Below, in pieces: positions 19,871-30,276 of a DNA stretch of 64,000 nt. Under the pieces are notes generated by a model that saw only the letters and a program-made list of their open reading frames with translations, was not told the DNA's origin and ran no database searches. The DNA is from Armatimonadota bacterium (GTDB lineage Bacteria > Armatimonadota > SYMT01). Position 1 is the stretch's first letter. The number at the start of each line of letters is the position of its first letter. The stretch lies in contig JAWLHY010000014.1 of assembly GCA_041690135.1 (NCBI GenBank), positions 1-64,000 of the forward strand, in the 5' to 3' direction. A program made the position numbers and the translations under genes.

Positions 19871-20101
19871 CTATGGTGGACCGACCCCAAAGGTTCTACG
19901 GACGGTCTCCGTGGTCTCCGCCTCCTGCCGGTTCAGGCGCACGCCGTTATCGACGAGCAGGGAGGCTTCCAGGGGATCTCGGGTGCGTTCCAAACGCTCC
20001 GCGAGCTTTCGCTCCCGGTACTGCCGCAGCCACGGAACCACGAACACCAGTACCACCACGCCCGCGAACAACGCCAGGTCAACCAACATCGCCTCCTCCA
20101 T
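19871..20101 (-). CDS. Small single-TM hypothetical protein
   Basis: Hydrophobic N-terminal helix followed by a charged tail. Confidence 0.5.
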   Translation of the reverse strand: MEEAMLVDLALFAGVVVLVFVVPWLRQYRERKLAERLERTRDPLEASLLVDNGVRLNRQEAETTETVRRTFGVGPP

Positions 20102-20133
20102 TCGAAACTTTTTGCTTCAAACGGAGTTCTGGC

Positions 20134-20592
20134 TCAAGGGTTGCGCGCGGAAAGCCGCCCAGGTCGTTTGCGTTGTTTTCGCTGGTTGTTTCTTGCGGCG
20201 CGAAGAAGCTCAAAGATCCGGACCCCTTCCGGGTCCTTGCGGCGGGCCGCGTCATCAAGGGCGGTAACTCCCATGAATCCGGGAAGGGCCGGATCGGCGC
20301 CGGCCTCAATCAGGATCTTCGCTACCTCGTAAGTGCAATCAGAGGCCACATCGCCCAGGGGAGTTGGCCCATAGGGTGGATTCTCCTGGGCGTTTACGTC
20401 GGCGCCGGCCGCCAGGAGGCGGCGCATCACCTCGACCTGTCCGGCATCCGCTGCGAGGTGCAGCGGCGTCCGTCGCAGAGAGTCGAATTGGTGCACGGAG
20501 TCCCCAGCGGTCAGGAATTCCTCCACCTTCCGGAGGTTCCCCGCCGCTGCGGCCTCATGTAGGCGCTCACTGGAATGTCGGTCTCCACTCAT
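20134..20592 (-). CDS. Ankyrin-repeat protein
   Basis: TPLHLAA..G..EVMRRLLAAGADVNA and further ANK repeats. Confidence 0.9.
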   Translation of the reverse strand: MSGDRHSSERLHEAAAAGNLRKVEEFLTAGDSVHQFDSLRRTPLHLAADAGQVEVMRRLLAAGADVNAQENPPYGPTPLGDVASDCTYEVAKILIEAGADPALPGFMGVTALDDAARRKDPEGVRIFELLRAARNNQRKQRKRPGRLSARNP

Positions 20593-20835
20593 CTCAATAC
20601 CCGACTGTCACTCGCGCTCAGCGCCATGCATGAGCGCGATACACCTGGATTGCACCATGCCCGTAACAGGCACCCCGCGGTCAGGTCAGGTAACGGTCCA
20701 CCGAAGGAAGTTACCGCGACCAACACTGGCTTGCCGTGATCGGAGACAGGATCGTTATTCCACAGGTTCGTACTTTGCCCAACGGGCATCACCCACGAGT
20801 GGGTACCCGCCCTGTGCTACCTTCCGTCATCCATT

Positions 20836-20878
20836 TCTCTCCGTGGGATTCTCCGTGTCTCTGTGTCTCCGTGGTAAG
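20836..20878 (-). repeat. 9-mer tandem repeat (CACGGAGAC family)
   Basis: Reverse complement ACCACGGAGACACAGAGACACGGAG matches 59348-59385 and resembles 54407-54487. Confidence 0.8.
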
Positions 20879-20894
20879 ATCCCGGTCCCGAAAG

Positions 20895-23800
20895 TCAGTT
20901 TGCTTTGCCGGCGACGCGGGGGAGCTTCTGGAGGATCACCTCAACGGCCTTCTCCAACTGGGGGTCCCGGCCCGCCTGAATGGCCATGGGATCGTAGGGT
21001 ACGGGGATGTCTGGCTGGCGGCCGCGGAGGTCCATATCCTCCCCGGAGGCGGTGAAGACGCCGGCGTTCGGCAGGCGAATGGTGCCGCCGTCCAGGAAGG
21101 TCCAGCCGGTGGTGGCGATCACCGCGCCCATGGTCGGAACGCCGACGCAAGGGCCGATCCCCAGCGAACGGAAGCCCTCCGCCATCATCTCGGAGTTGCT
21201 GGCGGAGTCCTGGTTGATGAGCAGGGCGGCCGGCTTGCCCCACAGGTAGTCCGGGTACCAGTCGGAGATCACTTCCTGGCCCAGGGAGCGCGGCACGAAC
21301 TTCACGTAGGGCTTCTTGCGCAGGATGTCCAGCAGCCGGTGGGCCACGTTCCCGCCGCCGTTGTACCGCACGTCGACCAGCATCCCGTCCTTGCCGGTGC
21401 CCTCGCTGATCAGCTCCTCTTTGAACTTGAGCTCCGAAGGCCGGTTCATCCCTTCGATGTGGAGGTAGGCAATCCGCCCGCCGCTGAGGTCGCGCACGAG
21501 CCGGCGGCGCTCCCGCACCCAGGCGTGGTACTCCAGGTCGCTGCCCGCGTTGGGCGCCAGCGGCTTGAGGGCCACCTCGCGGGCGCCGTCGGGGGTCGGC
21601 TGGGCATTGACCGTAAGCACGACCTTCTTCCCGGCCATCCGGTCCAGCAGCTCGTCGAAGGTGACCTTCTGGCCCAATGCCTGGCCGTTGACCGCCAGGA
21701 CGTACTCGCCGGGGCTAAGGCGGCTCCATTTGGATTCGGCGGGACTGCCGGGGGTGACCCGCGCGATCCGGTACTTCCCTTCGCGATCCAGGGTCGCCCA
21801 GTCGGGTTCGATCCCGAGGTAGGCCGTGCTGGTGGAGGTGGGCGCGCTGTAATCGGAGGGACCGCTCACCCCCAGGTGGCTGCCGCGCAGCTCCTGGACC
21901 ATCTCGGCCATCAGGTCGTAGAGGTCGTCCTTGTAGGGCGCGTGGGGGAGCAGCGCCTCGTACTTGGCCCGCACCGCTTTCCAGTCCACCCCGTTGAGCC
22001 GCTCGTTGTAGAAGGTGCGGTCCATCAGCCACCAGGCCTCGCTGAAGACCTGCCGGTTATCGGCCGCCAGGTCGATCTCCACGGTGGCCTTGAAGGAGGT
22101 GGTGCGCCGATCCCGCGCCGCCAGCCCCACCGACTGCACCTGTCCGCCGCTGAAGAAGAAGACCCGGCTGCCGTCGCGCGGGAGTTCTACTCCGTTAGCG
22201 TTGTCCGCGAAGGCGGCGCCGGAGCCGTTCTCTTCGGTCGCGGAGATCATCCGGATCCCGCCGCCCGTGTCCAACAGAAAGGCGCTGCCGTTCGGGTGGA
22301 GCACCGCGTCGCTGACGCCGCCCGTGGAGGTCACCCGGCGGAGGCGCTCCTGCACGTGGTCCCAGGCGATGTTCACCACCGGCGGTCCGGCCGCGACCTG
22401 GGTCGCCTGCCGCGGTTGGTCGAGCCGGTCGAGGGCATCCTCCTCGAACTCCGGCTTCGGTTCTTCCCCCAGATCGACGGCGTAGAGGTTGCGGCTATCG
22501 ACCGCGATGGCGGTGAAGTAAAGCATGTCGGCGCGGGGCGACCAGCGCGGCGTGCCCGCGTCCCGGAAGAAGCGGGTCGCGCGGCGCGGCTGGGGGTCCT
22601 CGACGGAGGCCACGTACACGGCGTCCTCGAGCTGCGAGCCCGTCATCTTGAAGGCGAGGCTCTTGTTGTCCGGCGCCCAGCTAAACCGGGGGGAACTCCC
22701 GCGGGCTACCTCGTAGAAGCTCCCCGAGATGGTGGCCGCGGGATCTCCGCCGTCGGCCGGGATCACCACCAGGCTCTTCTCGCCCCGGTGGAAGGCGATC
22801 CACTTTCCGTCGGGGGAGGGCTGACCGTAAAACTCATCTTCCGGGGTGACCGCCAGCGCCTTCCGGTCCGAGCCGTCGATGCCGATGCGGAAGAGGTCCT
22901 TCTGCCCGTTCACGTCCGAGGTGAAGAGAAGCGTCTTGCTGTCCGGCATCCAGGCGACGTGGCTCTCACGGCTCGCGCCTCCCGCCAGCCGCCGCGCCGT
23001 ACCGCCGCTGGCGGGGACCACGAACAGGTCGCCGCGCACGATCAGGGCCACCTTGCGCCCGTCCGGGGAGACGGTGTACTCCGTCGGGTTCGCGGTGATG
23101 GTCGTCTCGGAGGTCAGGTTCCGGCGCTCGTCGGTCCGCACCTCGATCGGCACGGCGGCGGACTTGCCGCTCTTCAGGTCGAGGAGCCAGATCTCGGAGT
23201 TGTACTCGTAGGCGATCTTCTCGCCCAGGGGGGCATAGCTCGGAATACGCGCCCCGTCGGTGGTGTGGAAGGTCAACTGCCGCTGGGCGCCGCCCTTCAG
23301 GTCCATGCTCCAGAGGTTGACCTGCCCCTTGCGATCGGAGACGTAGTAGATCCGGCTGCCGTCGCGGGAGAAGAAGGGCCGGAAATCGTCCGAGGGGTTC
23401 GTGGTGATCCGCTGGAGATTGGAGAAGGGCGTGGTGAAGTCCGCCACCCACACGTCCGCGTTGTAACTGCCCACGTAGCCCCGCCGCCGCCAGCTTCCGG
23501 GGCTGGAGTTGTGGTTGAAGAGGATGCGGCGACCGTCCGGCGAGACGTCGCCGAAGTACTCCCGCTCGTGGCGGTCCCAGGTCAGCCGGATCGGCTCCCC
23601 GCCGTTCGTCCGCACCTTGTAGATGTCCGTGGACCCGTAGGCCCCGCCGTAGAAGAGCACCCACTGCCCGTCCGGCGTGAACCCACTGGGGAACTCCGAG
23701 CTGCTATGGAAGGTCAGCCGCCGCGCGGGTCCCCCTTCGGCGGGCATCAGGAACAGGTCGTAGCCACCGTGCCGGTTGGAAGAGAAGAGGATCGACTTAC

Positions 23801-24071
23801 CGTCCGGGCTGTAGGTCGGCTGCACTTCCCGCGCGATGTGCGACGTGAGCCGGACCGCCCGCCCACCCTGCGACGGCACGCTCCAGAGGTCTCCCTGGTA
23901 CGTGAAGGCGATCGTCCGCCCGTCCGGAGAGAGCGCGGGGTAGCGCGTGCGTTTGGCGGCCTCCACGGGCGGCGTGCTGGCGGTGGGGGAGGCCCCGGCC
24001 GCCAGCCCGGTGAGCAGTGCGGCCGGGCCGGCGGCAAACAGTACGGAAAGCAGAAGACGGCGGTTGTTCAT
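20895..24071 (-). CDS. Tricorn-like S41 family protease
   Basis: Signal peptide; PD40 beta-propeller repeats (SPDG); PDZ domain; DVRYNGGG and SASNSE catalytic region. Confidence 0.93.
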   Translation of the reverse strand: MNNRRLLLSVLFAAGPAALLTGLAAGASPTASTPPVEAAKRTRYPALSPDGRTIAFTYQGDLWSVPSQGGRAVRLTSHIAREVQPTYSPDGKSILFSSNRHGGYDLFLMPAEGGPARRLTFHSSSEFPSGFTPDGQWVLFYGGAYGSTDIYKVRTNGGEPIRLTWDRHEREYFGDVSPDGRRILFNHNSSPGSWRRRGYVGSYNADVWVADFTTPFSNLQRITTNPSDDFRPFFSRDGSRIYYVSDRKGQVNLWSMDLKGGAQRQLTFHTTDGARIPSYAPLGEKIAYEYNSEIWLLDLKSGKSAAVPIEVRTDERRNLTSETTITANPTEYTVSPDGRKVALIVRGDLFVVPASGGTARRLAGGASRESHVAWMPDSKTLLFTSDVNGQKDLFRIGIDGSDRKALAVTPEDEFYGQPSPDGKWIAFHRGEKSLVVIPADGGDPAATISGSFYEVARGSSPRFSWAPDNKSLAFKMTGSQLEDAVYVASVEDPQPRRATRFFRDAGTPRWSPRADMLYFTAIAVDSRNLYAVDLGEEPKPEFEEDALDRLDQPRQATQVAAGPPVVNIAWDHVQERLRRVTSTGGVSDAVLHPNGSAFLLDTGGGIRMISATEENGSGAAFADNANGVELPRDGSRVFFFSGGQVQSVGLAARDRRTTSFKATVEIDLAADNRQVFSEAWWLMDRTFYNERLNGVDWKAVRAKYEALLPHAPYKDDLYDLMAEMVQELRGSHLGVSGPSDYSAPTSTSTAYLGIEPDWATLDREGKYRIARVTPGSPAESKWSRLSPGEYVLAVNGQALGQKVTFDELLDRMAGKKVVLTVNAQPTPDGAREVALKPLAPNAGSDLEYHAWVRERRRLVRDLSGGRIAYLHIEGMNRPSELKFKEELISEGTGKDGMLVDVRYNGGGNVAHRLLDILRKKPYVKFVPRSLGQEVISDWYPDYLWGKPAALLINQDSASNSEMMAEGFRSLGIGPCVGVPTMGAVIATTGWTFLDGGTIRLPNAGVFTASGEDMDLRGRQPDIPVPYDPMAIQAGRDPQLEKAVEVILQKLPRVAGKAN

Positions 24072-24220
24072 GAGATCCCGGTTCGAGGGCCGCTTACGGT
24101 GCGACCGGGCAGCGCCATGGGTGGTGCCACTTAAACCTATGCTGCGCCATCTCTAAGGATGTGCATGTATGAGGATACGTTACGATAATCTGAGAGATTT
24201 CCGCCGCTCCAGAACGGGTC

Positions 24221-25114
24221 TCAATCCGTACGGTGGTCTCGCAGGAACTTGACGTGGCCGTCCAGGAAGAGGCGGTTTCGGCCCCCGAAGTGGACCGCCT
24301 TCCCCCGGATGGTGGCGGGGATGCTGGGGATGGTCCGCGGGAAGTAGGGGTCTACGGCCAGCTCCGCGTCGGCGGGCCCGTCCGGCCGGCCGGCGATGGG
24401 ATTGTTGGCGGCACGGAGGTCATCCACGGCCTGGAGCTCCGTCTTGCCCCAGAAGTTGTCCAGCGGCACCGGCCAATCCGGGCGGTCGAAGCGCCACAGC
24501 CAGTACCGGGAGGCGGGGGCGTTGGCTGCCGCGCTGGTGGCTTGGTAGACCTCCACCGCCTGCCCCACCGTGGTGTGCGCCGTGCTGGGGCAGGACCACA
24601 GGCTGTTGTTCTTGGTGTAGGGCTCCAGCACCAGGATCGCCCAGCCCCCGCGCGGGTCGGAGGGCGGCCACCCGCTCCACGGCTTCCACCCGCCCGGCAG
24701 CAGCGTCTTCAGGTCCCGGCGGTCCGGCAGCAGCTCGTCGTAGTCCTGCGTGTACATCTGGAAGGCGGTCCCGATCTGCCGCAGGTTGGAGCTGCAGCTT
24801 GCCTTGCGGGCCGCCTCCCGCGCCTGGGCGAACACCGGGAACAGGATGGCGGCGAGGATGGCGATGATCGCTATGACGACGAGGAGCTCGATGAGCGTGA
24901 ACGCCCGGCGAGATCGATAAAGATAACGATAAGGATAAAGAGAGGAGCGGGGGGGAGCGGGTGGATAAGGATAAGGATGATGGAGATAAGGACCGGGCTG
25001 CTTGGGGAGGCGAGAGCCCGAGTGCGGCCGGCGGGAGAATGTTGCTGACGCTAGTGGGTTAGGCGCCGGGTTCGCGCTCCCGCTGCCACTCCCGGTTTTG
25101 CCGCTACTCCGCAT
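24221..25114 (-). CDS. Prepilin-type N-terminal cleavage / H-X9-DG (DUF1559-like) protein
   Basis: [47 protein letters not shown]; C-terminal [15 protein letters not shown]; start uncertain because the leader overlaps repeats. Confidence 0.92.
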   Translation of the reverse strand: MRSSGKTGSGSGSANPAPNPLASATFSRRPHSGSRLPKQPGPYLHHPYPYPPAPPRSSLYPYRYLYRSRRAFTLIELLVVIAIIAILAAILFPVFAQAREAARKASCSSNLRQIGTAFQMYTQDYDELLPDRRDLKTLLPGGWKPWSGWPPSDPRGGWAILVLEPYTKNNSLWSCPSTAHTTVGQAVEVYQATSAAANAPASRYWLWRFDRPDWPVPLDNFWGKTELQAVDDLRAANNPIAGRPDGPADAELAVDPYFPRTIPSIPATIRGKAVHFGGRNRLFLDGHVKFLRDHRTD

Positions 25115-25290
25115 CCGGATCCTCATCATCAACCTCGTCCTTCCTTATCCTTATCCACCCGCCTCTTTATCCTTATCTCCATCTTCACTCACCGGGTTCC
25201 GGCCATCCGCAAATCACCCTCATCCTCCAAATTTTCATCCTCATCCACCGGGTTCCGGCCATCCTTATCCTTATCTTTGTCCTTATCCTC
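24915..25290. repeat. Inverted blocks of hexamer (GGATAA/TTATCC) tandem repeats
   Basis: GCGGGTGGATAAGGATAAGGA at about 24957 and its exact reverse complement at about 25142-25162; related copies at 26785, 43302, 63518-63616. Confidence 0.85.
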
Positions 25291-25307
25291 CCGGAGGGGG
25301 TTCCTCG

Positions 25308-26780
25308 ATGAAGGCTGTGTTTATTGTACTGGATACGGTCCGGCGGGATTACCTGGAGGCGTACGGCAGCTCCTGGGTGAAGACGCCGAACCTGGCCCGC
25401 CTCTCCCGCGCGGGTGTGACCTTCGATAACCACTGGGTGGGGTCGCTGCCCTGCATGCCGGCGCGGCGGGAGTTCATGACGGGCCGGCACAACTTCCTCT
25501 ACCGGGGCTGGGGGCCCATCGAGCCGTACGACGACGTGCTGCCGGCTGAGCTCCGGAAGGCCGGGGTGTTCACGCACCTGCTAACGGACCACTTCCATTA
25601 CTTCGAACTGGGTGGGGAGAACTACCACACCGCGTTTAACACCTGGGAGTTCTTCCGCGGTACAGAGTACGATCCCTGGGTCTCTCTCGTGGATGCCATG
25701 GCTCTCCCGGAGCACCTGGGGCGCCTGACCGCCCAGAACTGGCACAACCGGCAGCGCCAGCAGCAGGAAGAGGACTTTTCCGGGCCCCGCACGGCCGCCG
25801 CCGCCGTGGAGTGGCTCCACGCGAACCGGAACGCCGACCAGTGGTTCCTGCAGGTGGAGATCTTCGACCCGCACGAGCCGTTCTACTGCACGGACCAGTA
25901 CCGGGAGATGTACGGCGATACGTGGGACGGCCCCCTCTACGACTGGCCGAAGTACGAGGCGGTCCAGGACTCGCCGGAAGCGATCGAGCATATCCGCAAA
26001 TGCTACGCGGGCCTGCTGACGATGACGGACCACTGGGTCGGAAAGGTGCTGGATACGCTGGAAGAGCTGGGCCTGTGGGACGAAACGCTGATCGTGTTCA
26101 CCACCGATCACGGCACCATGCTGGGCGAACATCAATACTGGATGAAGAACTACATGCCGGTCTACAACGAGATCGCCTGCCTCCCGCTGGTGATGAAGCT
26201 GCCGGGCGGAGAGCGTGCCGGCCGCCGGAGCGCCGCCCTGACGCAAACGATCGACCTGATGCCGACCTTCCTCGACTACTTCGGCTGTCCGGCGCCGCCG
26301 CACGTCTACGGCCACTCCCTGCGGTCCGCCCTGGACGGCACGAGCTCCCGGCGGGACTGCATCTTCGGCTACTTCGGCAAGGCGATGAACATCACGGACG
26401 GGCAGCACGTTTACTTCCGCAACCCGGTGAACGCGGACGGCGGTCCGCTGTACGCCTACACCGCCATGCCGACCGGAGGGTTGAACCGCTGGTACCCGCG
26501 GGAAGATTACCCGCGCTGGGAGATGGGCCGCTACTTCGGCCACACCTACAACATGCCGCTCTACCGGATCCCGGAAGCCGGGCAGGTGCCCGAAGCCGTT
26601 CCAGGGGAAGAGAGCTTCGCCGGCCGCCACTTCCTGTACGACCTCCGGGAGGACCCCCGGCAGGAGAACCCGCTGCAGGATCCCGCCCTGGAGGCCCACT
26701 TCGTGGACCGGATCGTCGCCCACCTCCAGGCCTGCGAGGCCCCCGCGGAGCAGTACACCCGGCTTGGCTTCGCGGATTAG
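25308..26780 (+). CDS. Formylglycine-dependent sulfatase
   Basis: GGAGG RBS; IVLDTVRRD, CMPAR (CxPxR), FDPHEP, TTDHG motifs. Confidence 0.93.
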   Translation: MKAVFIVLDTVRRDYLEAYGSSWVKTPNLARLSRAGVTFDNHWVGSLPCMPARREFMTGRHNFLYRGWGPIEPYDDVLPAELRKAGVFTHLLTDHFHYFELGGENYHTAFNTWEFFRGTEYDPWVSLVDAMALPEHLGRLTAQNWHNRQRQQQEEDFSGPRTAAAAVEWLHANRNADQWFLQVEIFDPHEPFYCTDQYREMYGDTWDGPLYDWPKYEAVQDSPEAIEHIRKCYAGLLTMTDHWVGKVLDTLEELGLWDETLIVFTTDHGTMLGEHQYWMKNYMPVYNEIACLPLVMKLPGGERAGRRSAALTQTIDLMPTFLDYFGCPAPPHVYGHSLRSALDGTSSRRDCIFGYFGKAMNITDGQHVYFRNPVNADGGPLYAYTAMPTGGLNRWYPREDYPRWEMGRYFGHTYNMPLYRIPEAGQVPEAVPGEESFAGRHFLYDLREDPRQENPLQDPALEAHFVDRIVAHLQACEAPAEQYTRLGFAD

Positions 26781-26901
26781 GACGGCGGGTGGATAAGGAA
26801 ACGGCAGGATAAGGATAAAGAGGGCGAGGATAAAGAAAAGAAGGGTGTAAACACCCCTCGGGGTGTAAACCTTCGCGGACTCTACACACATTTGGGGAAC
26901 T

Positions 26902-29900
26902 ATGGCGCCGGGGGATTTGCTGCGGGAACTGGATAGCCTGCCGTTTTCGGGCCGGATGGCGCGGATGGTGGAGATCGGGCGCGCCTCGCTCGAGGACGCC
27001 GGTCTTCGCGAACTCCTGGCGGAATGGGAGCAGGGGGAGTGGTACGAGCGGTTCCTCTCGCTCCAGGCCTGTTACGGCAGCGGCAATGGGGCGCGGGTGC
27101 TGCGCTCCGTGGGCGATCCTTCGCGCGGCATCCGGGGGCTCGCTCTCAAGCTCGCCGGACACGTGTGCGATGACGAACAGGTCCTGGCGGCGCTCCGGCA
27201 GCTTCCGAAGGCCGCGCGGCAGGCCCTGCTCCGCCAGCTTGTGAAGGTAGGGCGCCGGAATGCCGTCGATCCGTACCTCGCTTCCCTGGCCGCCGGGCGA
27301 GATCCCGAGCTGGGCCGGTATCTCGCCTATGGGAGCGCGGAGACCGCGGAGGCCCACCTGGAGCAGGTGGCGGAGGCCGCCAGTGATACGGACTGGCAGC
27401 GGGTGGCCCGCCATCATCCCCGGATCGCCGCCGCGCACCTTCTCTCGCGCGCCCGGGCGGAGAGCGGTCCGAACCCGCGCCTCCGGTGGCAGGCGAATGC
27501 CGTGCTGGACCGCCTGGCCCGGTTCTGCCCGGACCAGGCGCTGACACTCGTTGAGCAGTTGCTGCAGCACTCGCCGCCGGATCAAATCGCGTTAGAAGGC
27601 CTCTCCCGCCGCCGGCCCACGAAACTGGTGGACCTGCTGCTAACCATGGAGGGGCGGGCACGCCTCAACCTTGCGCCGGTCGCCCACCGGCTCGACCCGG
27701 CGCGCCTCCTCGCGGTGCTGGAACATCGTTTGCAGTTGCTGCCGGACCCCGTTTACTGGTTCGGTCGCCTGGCTCCTGGGTCGCGGGCGGAGGTGTACCG
27801 GCAGATGGAGTACCGGTGGCGCTGGAAGGACGGCACGTTCCCGCTGGAGCTGGCGGCGGACCTGCCGGGAGTAGCCCGCGCGGCGGAAGGGCGCCGCCAC
27901 CTGTCGCTTCCCGAGCTCGCCACCCGGGAGGCGGAGCGGATCGAGTATACATGCCTGCTGCCGTGGGACGAGGCGACTCCGGTCCTGAAGCCGTACCTGG
28001 GCAACCCCGACCCCAACCTGCGGGCCGTGGCCCTTTCCGCCCGCATCCGATCGGCGCGGTACCAGCGGGAACGGCTTCCGGACGTGCTGGCCCTGGTCCG
28101 CGCTCGCCCCTTCGAGCAGGACCCGGTGCGGAACGCCATGCTGGGGGCGCTGGCGGATCTCCCGCCGGCACGCTGGCAGGCGGAGCGCCTGGAGGACCTC
28201 TCCGCGATCCTGCGGGCGATGCTCGATGCCGCCGACCTCTCCCAGGCGACGGCTGCCCATGCCGAGCGGCTGATTCTGGCGCTGCTGCCGTTCCACCCGG
28301 AGTGGGCCGCCGGTTGGCTGGGCACCCTGGTGCAGGAGCGGGGACGGATCAGCTTCGGCGACCTGGAAGACCGGATCTCCGACCGCACGGCCCGCCAGAT
28401 CGCCCCGGCCTTGCTGCCAGTGCTGGAAGAATGGGAGGCCCGCGAGCGGCAGCAGCACCTCATCGCCGCCGCCCGGAGCCTGGGCCGCCGCCTGAAAGTG
28501 CTGCCGGAGTTGGTGGAGATTCTGGAGCGAGTGATCGGGAGCACGCGGGAGCGCTGGGTCGCCGCGACCGGATTGATCCTGATCCAGCAGCACCGTCCCC
28601 AACGGGCGGCCGAGCTGATCCCGGAGCTGCTGCACGCGGACCCGAGCTGGATCACGCAGTCGCCGGTCTACGAACACCTTCACCTCCGGCGGCAGGACCT
28701 GCTGGGGCCTTTCCTGGGGCGACAGGCGTACGGCGGCCGGTTCAGCACGGGGAAGACGGCCTTCGTGCTGCCGGTCCGGGACGGCTTCGGGCGCTGGACG
28801 CCCGCGCAGCAGGAAACCTTCGCGGAAACCCTCTACGCCGTGATCCGCGACAGCGGACGGGACTCGCCCTCCATCTTCTTCAGCCTCTCGCGCCTGGCGG
28901 AGCTGCCCGCCATATCCCCGCGATTCCTGCTCCGGCTCGCGCGGGTGGAGAACCGGAAGACGGCGGTCCGCGATATCGCACTGCGTGCCCTCGGGCGGCT
29001 CGATGCCGGCCAGGGGGTGCCGCACCTGGTGGAAGCGCTGGAGGATGAGCGGGCGCGGGTCGCCATCTACGCCCTGCGGCAGGCGCTGCTGGAGATGCCT
29101 GCGCCGCAGGCCCTCGCTTTCCTGCGGGCGGTGCCGCGAGAGAAGGTCACGGTCGCCAAAGAGGTGGTCCGGCTCCTGGGCGATTTGCCGGGGGAGGAGG
29201 CGTACCGTGCGCTACTGGCGTTCAACGAGGAAGAGCTGCACCGGGACGTGCGGGTGGCGCTGCTGCGCGCCCTGTGGGAGCACCTGGAGCGAGAGGAAAC
29301 CTGGCCCCTGCTGGAACAGGCGGCGACCTCGCCCGACGCGGCCCTGGCCACGGCGGTGAGCCGGGTCCCCGCCACGCGCCTCTCCCCGGCCGCGGGTCGC
29401 CGGTTGTGTCAGCTCCTGACGCGGCTGTTACAGCACCCGGACCCGGCGGTCCGGAGCGCCGCGCTGCAGCGGTGTAACGACCTGCCCGTGGCGGACCCCG
29501 AGCGGGTGCTGCTCGCCCCTATCCTGGCCTGCCTCGACTCGCCGGTCCCGCCCCTCCAACGGAACGCCTCCCAGGCGTTGCTGGCGACCTATCACGGTAA
29601 GGACGACCCGGCCATCGCGGAGGCGCTGCGGGGGATGCTGGGAAACCGGCGCGCGGTCCACACCCTGATCTTGCTGGTGGAGACGCGGGCTATCTGGGAG
29701 GCGGGCCGGCAGCGCCCCCTGGCCCGGAAGCTGCTCCCGGTGCTGGAGAGCGATCCGCTCACCGTTGCGCTGCAGCTCCAACTGGCCCTCTCCGCCCTGC
29801 CCTGGAAGGAAGGGGGAGCCCTCCTGACCCGCCTGGCGGACGCCGGTCTGCTCCACGCGGATGCTATCGCCACCGCCGCCGGCAAGCTGGCGCAGTCGGA

Positions 29901-30129
29901 CTACCGGTCGGACAGCGCCGAGCTCGCGGCCCTGGAGCGCTCTCTCGCGGCCAGCGACGACGAGCGTCTCCGGCGCCTCGGCCTTGCCGCTCTCCTGGGG
30001 TGCGTGGACCGCACCGGCTGGACCGCGGAACAACGCGAGCGGCTCGAAGCCTACCGGCGAGATCCCTCGCCCCTCGTGGCCGGCGCCGCGCAGTTCACTT
30101 TCCTGCCGGATGAGGGGAGTGAAACGTGA
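26902..30129 (+). CDS. Large helical/HEAT-like repeat hypothetical protein
   Basis: 1075-aa Leu/Ala/Arg-rich ORF with HEAT-like repeats in the C-terminal half. Confidence 0.85.
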   Translation: MAPGDLLRELDSLPFSGRMARMVEIGRASLEDAGLRELLAEWEQGEWYERFLSLQACYGSGNGARVLRSVGDPSRGIRGLALKLAGHVCDDEQVLAALRQLPKAARQALLRQLVKVGRRNAVDPYLASLAAGRDPELGRYLAYGSAETAEAHLEQVAEAASDTDWQRVARHHPRIAAAHLLSRARAESGPNPRLRWQANAVLDRLARFCPDQALTLVEQLLQHSPPDQIALEGLSRRRPTKLVDLLLTMEGRARLNLAPVAHRLDPARLLAVLEHRLQLLPDPVYWFGRLAPGSRAEVYRQMEYRWRWKDGTFPLELAADLPGVARAAEGRRHLSLPELATREAERIEYTCLLPWDEATPVLKPYLGNPDPNLRAVALSARIRSARYQRERLPDVLALVRARPFEQDPVRNAMLGALADLPPARWQAERLEDLSAILRAMLDAADLSQATAAHAERLILALLPFHPEWAAGWLGTLVQERGRISFGDLEDRISDRTARQIAPALLPVLEEWEARERQQHLIAAARSLGRRLKVLPELVEILERVIGSTRERWVAATGLILIQQHRPQRAAELIPELLHADPSWITQSPVYEHLHLRRQDLLGPFLGRQAYGGRFSTGKTAFVLPVRDGFGRWTPAQQETFAETLYAVIRDSGRDSPSIFFSLSRLAELPAISPRFLLRLARVENRKTAVRDIALRALGRLDAGQGVPHLVEALEDERARVAIYALRQALLEMPAPQALAFLRAVPREKVTVAKEVVRLLGDLPGEEAYRALLAFNEEELHRDVRVALLRALWEHLEREETWPLLEQAATSPDAALATAVSRVPATRLSPAAGRRLCQLLTRLLQHPDPAVRSAALQRCNDLPVADPERVLLAPILACLDSPVPPLQRNASQALLATYHGKDDPAIAEALRGMLGNRRAVHTLILLVETRAIWEAGRQRPLARKLLPVLESDPLTVALQLQLALSALPWKEGGALLTRLADAGLLHADAIATAAGKLAQSDYRSDSAELAALERSLAASDDERLRRLGLAALLGCVDRTGWTAEQRERLEAYRRDPSPLVAGAAQFTFLPDEGSET

Positions 30130-30155
30130 GGCGTGAGGCGTGAAACGTGAGGTCA
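30118..30155 (+). repeat. Heptamer tandem repeat (CGTGAGG/CGTGAAA)
   Basis: AGTGAAACGTGAGGCGTGAGGCGTGAAACGTGAGG overlapping the stop codon; complement-type copy at about 63845. Confidence 0.8.
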
Positions 30156-30276
30156 GGGGCAGGAGTTCGGTTGGTTTGGTACTGGTCGGTTCTGGTGCGT
30201 TACACGTGAGGCTTGGGGTGGGATGGGAGTGGGATCGGCATAGTTGAGTGGAGCTTCCGGTAGAGCCCACAGGCTA

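Noticed and set aside
25002-25307. Long N-terminal extensions in the ORF track (also upstream of 49451, 54331, 54684, 35019)
   Set aside because: They are translations of intergenic repeats; downstream starts match family N-termini and mostly have an RBS
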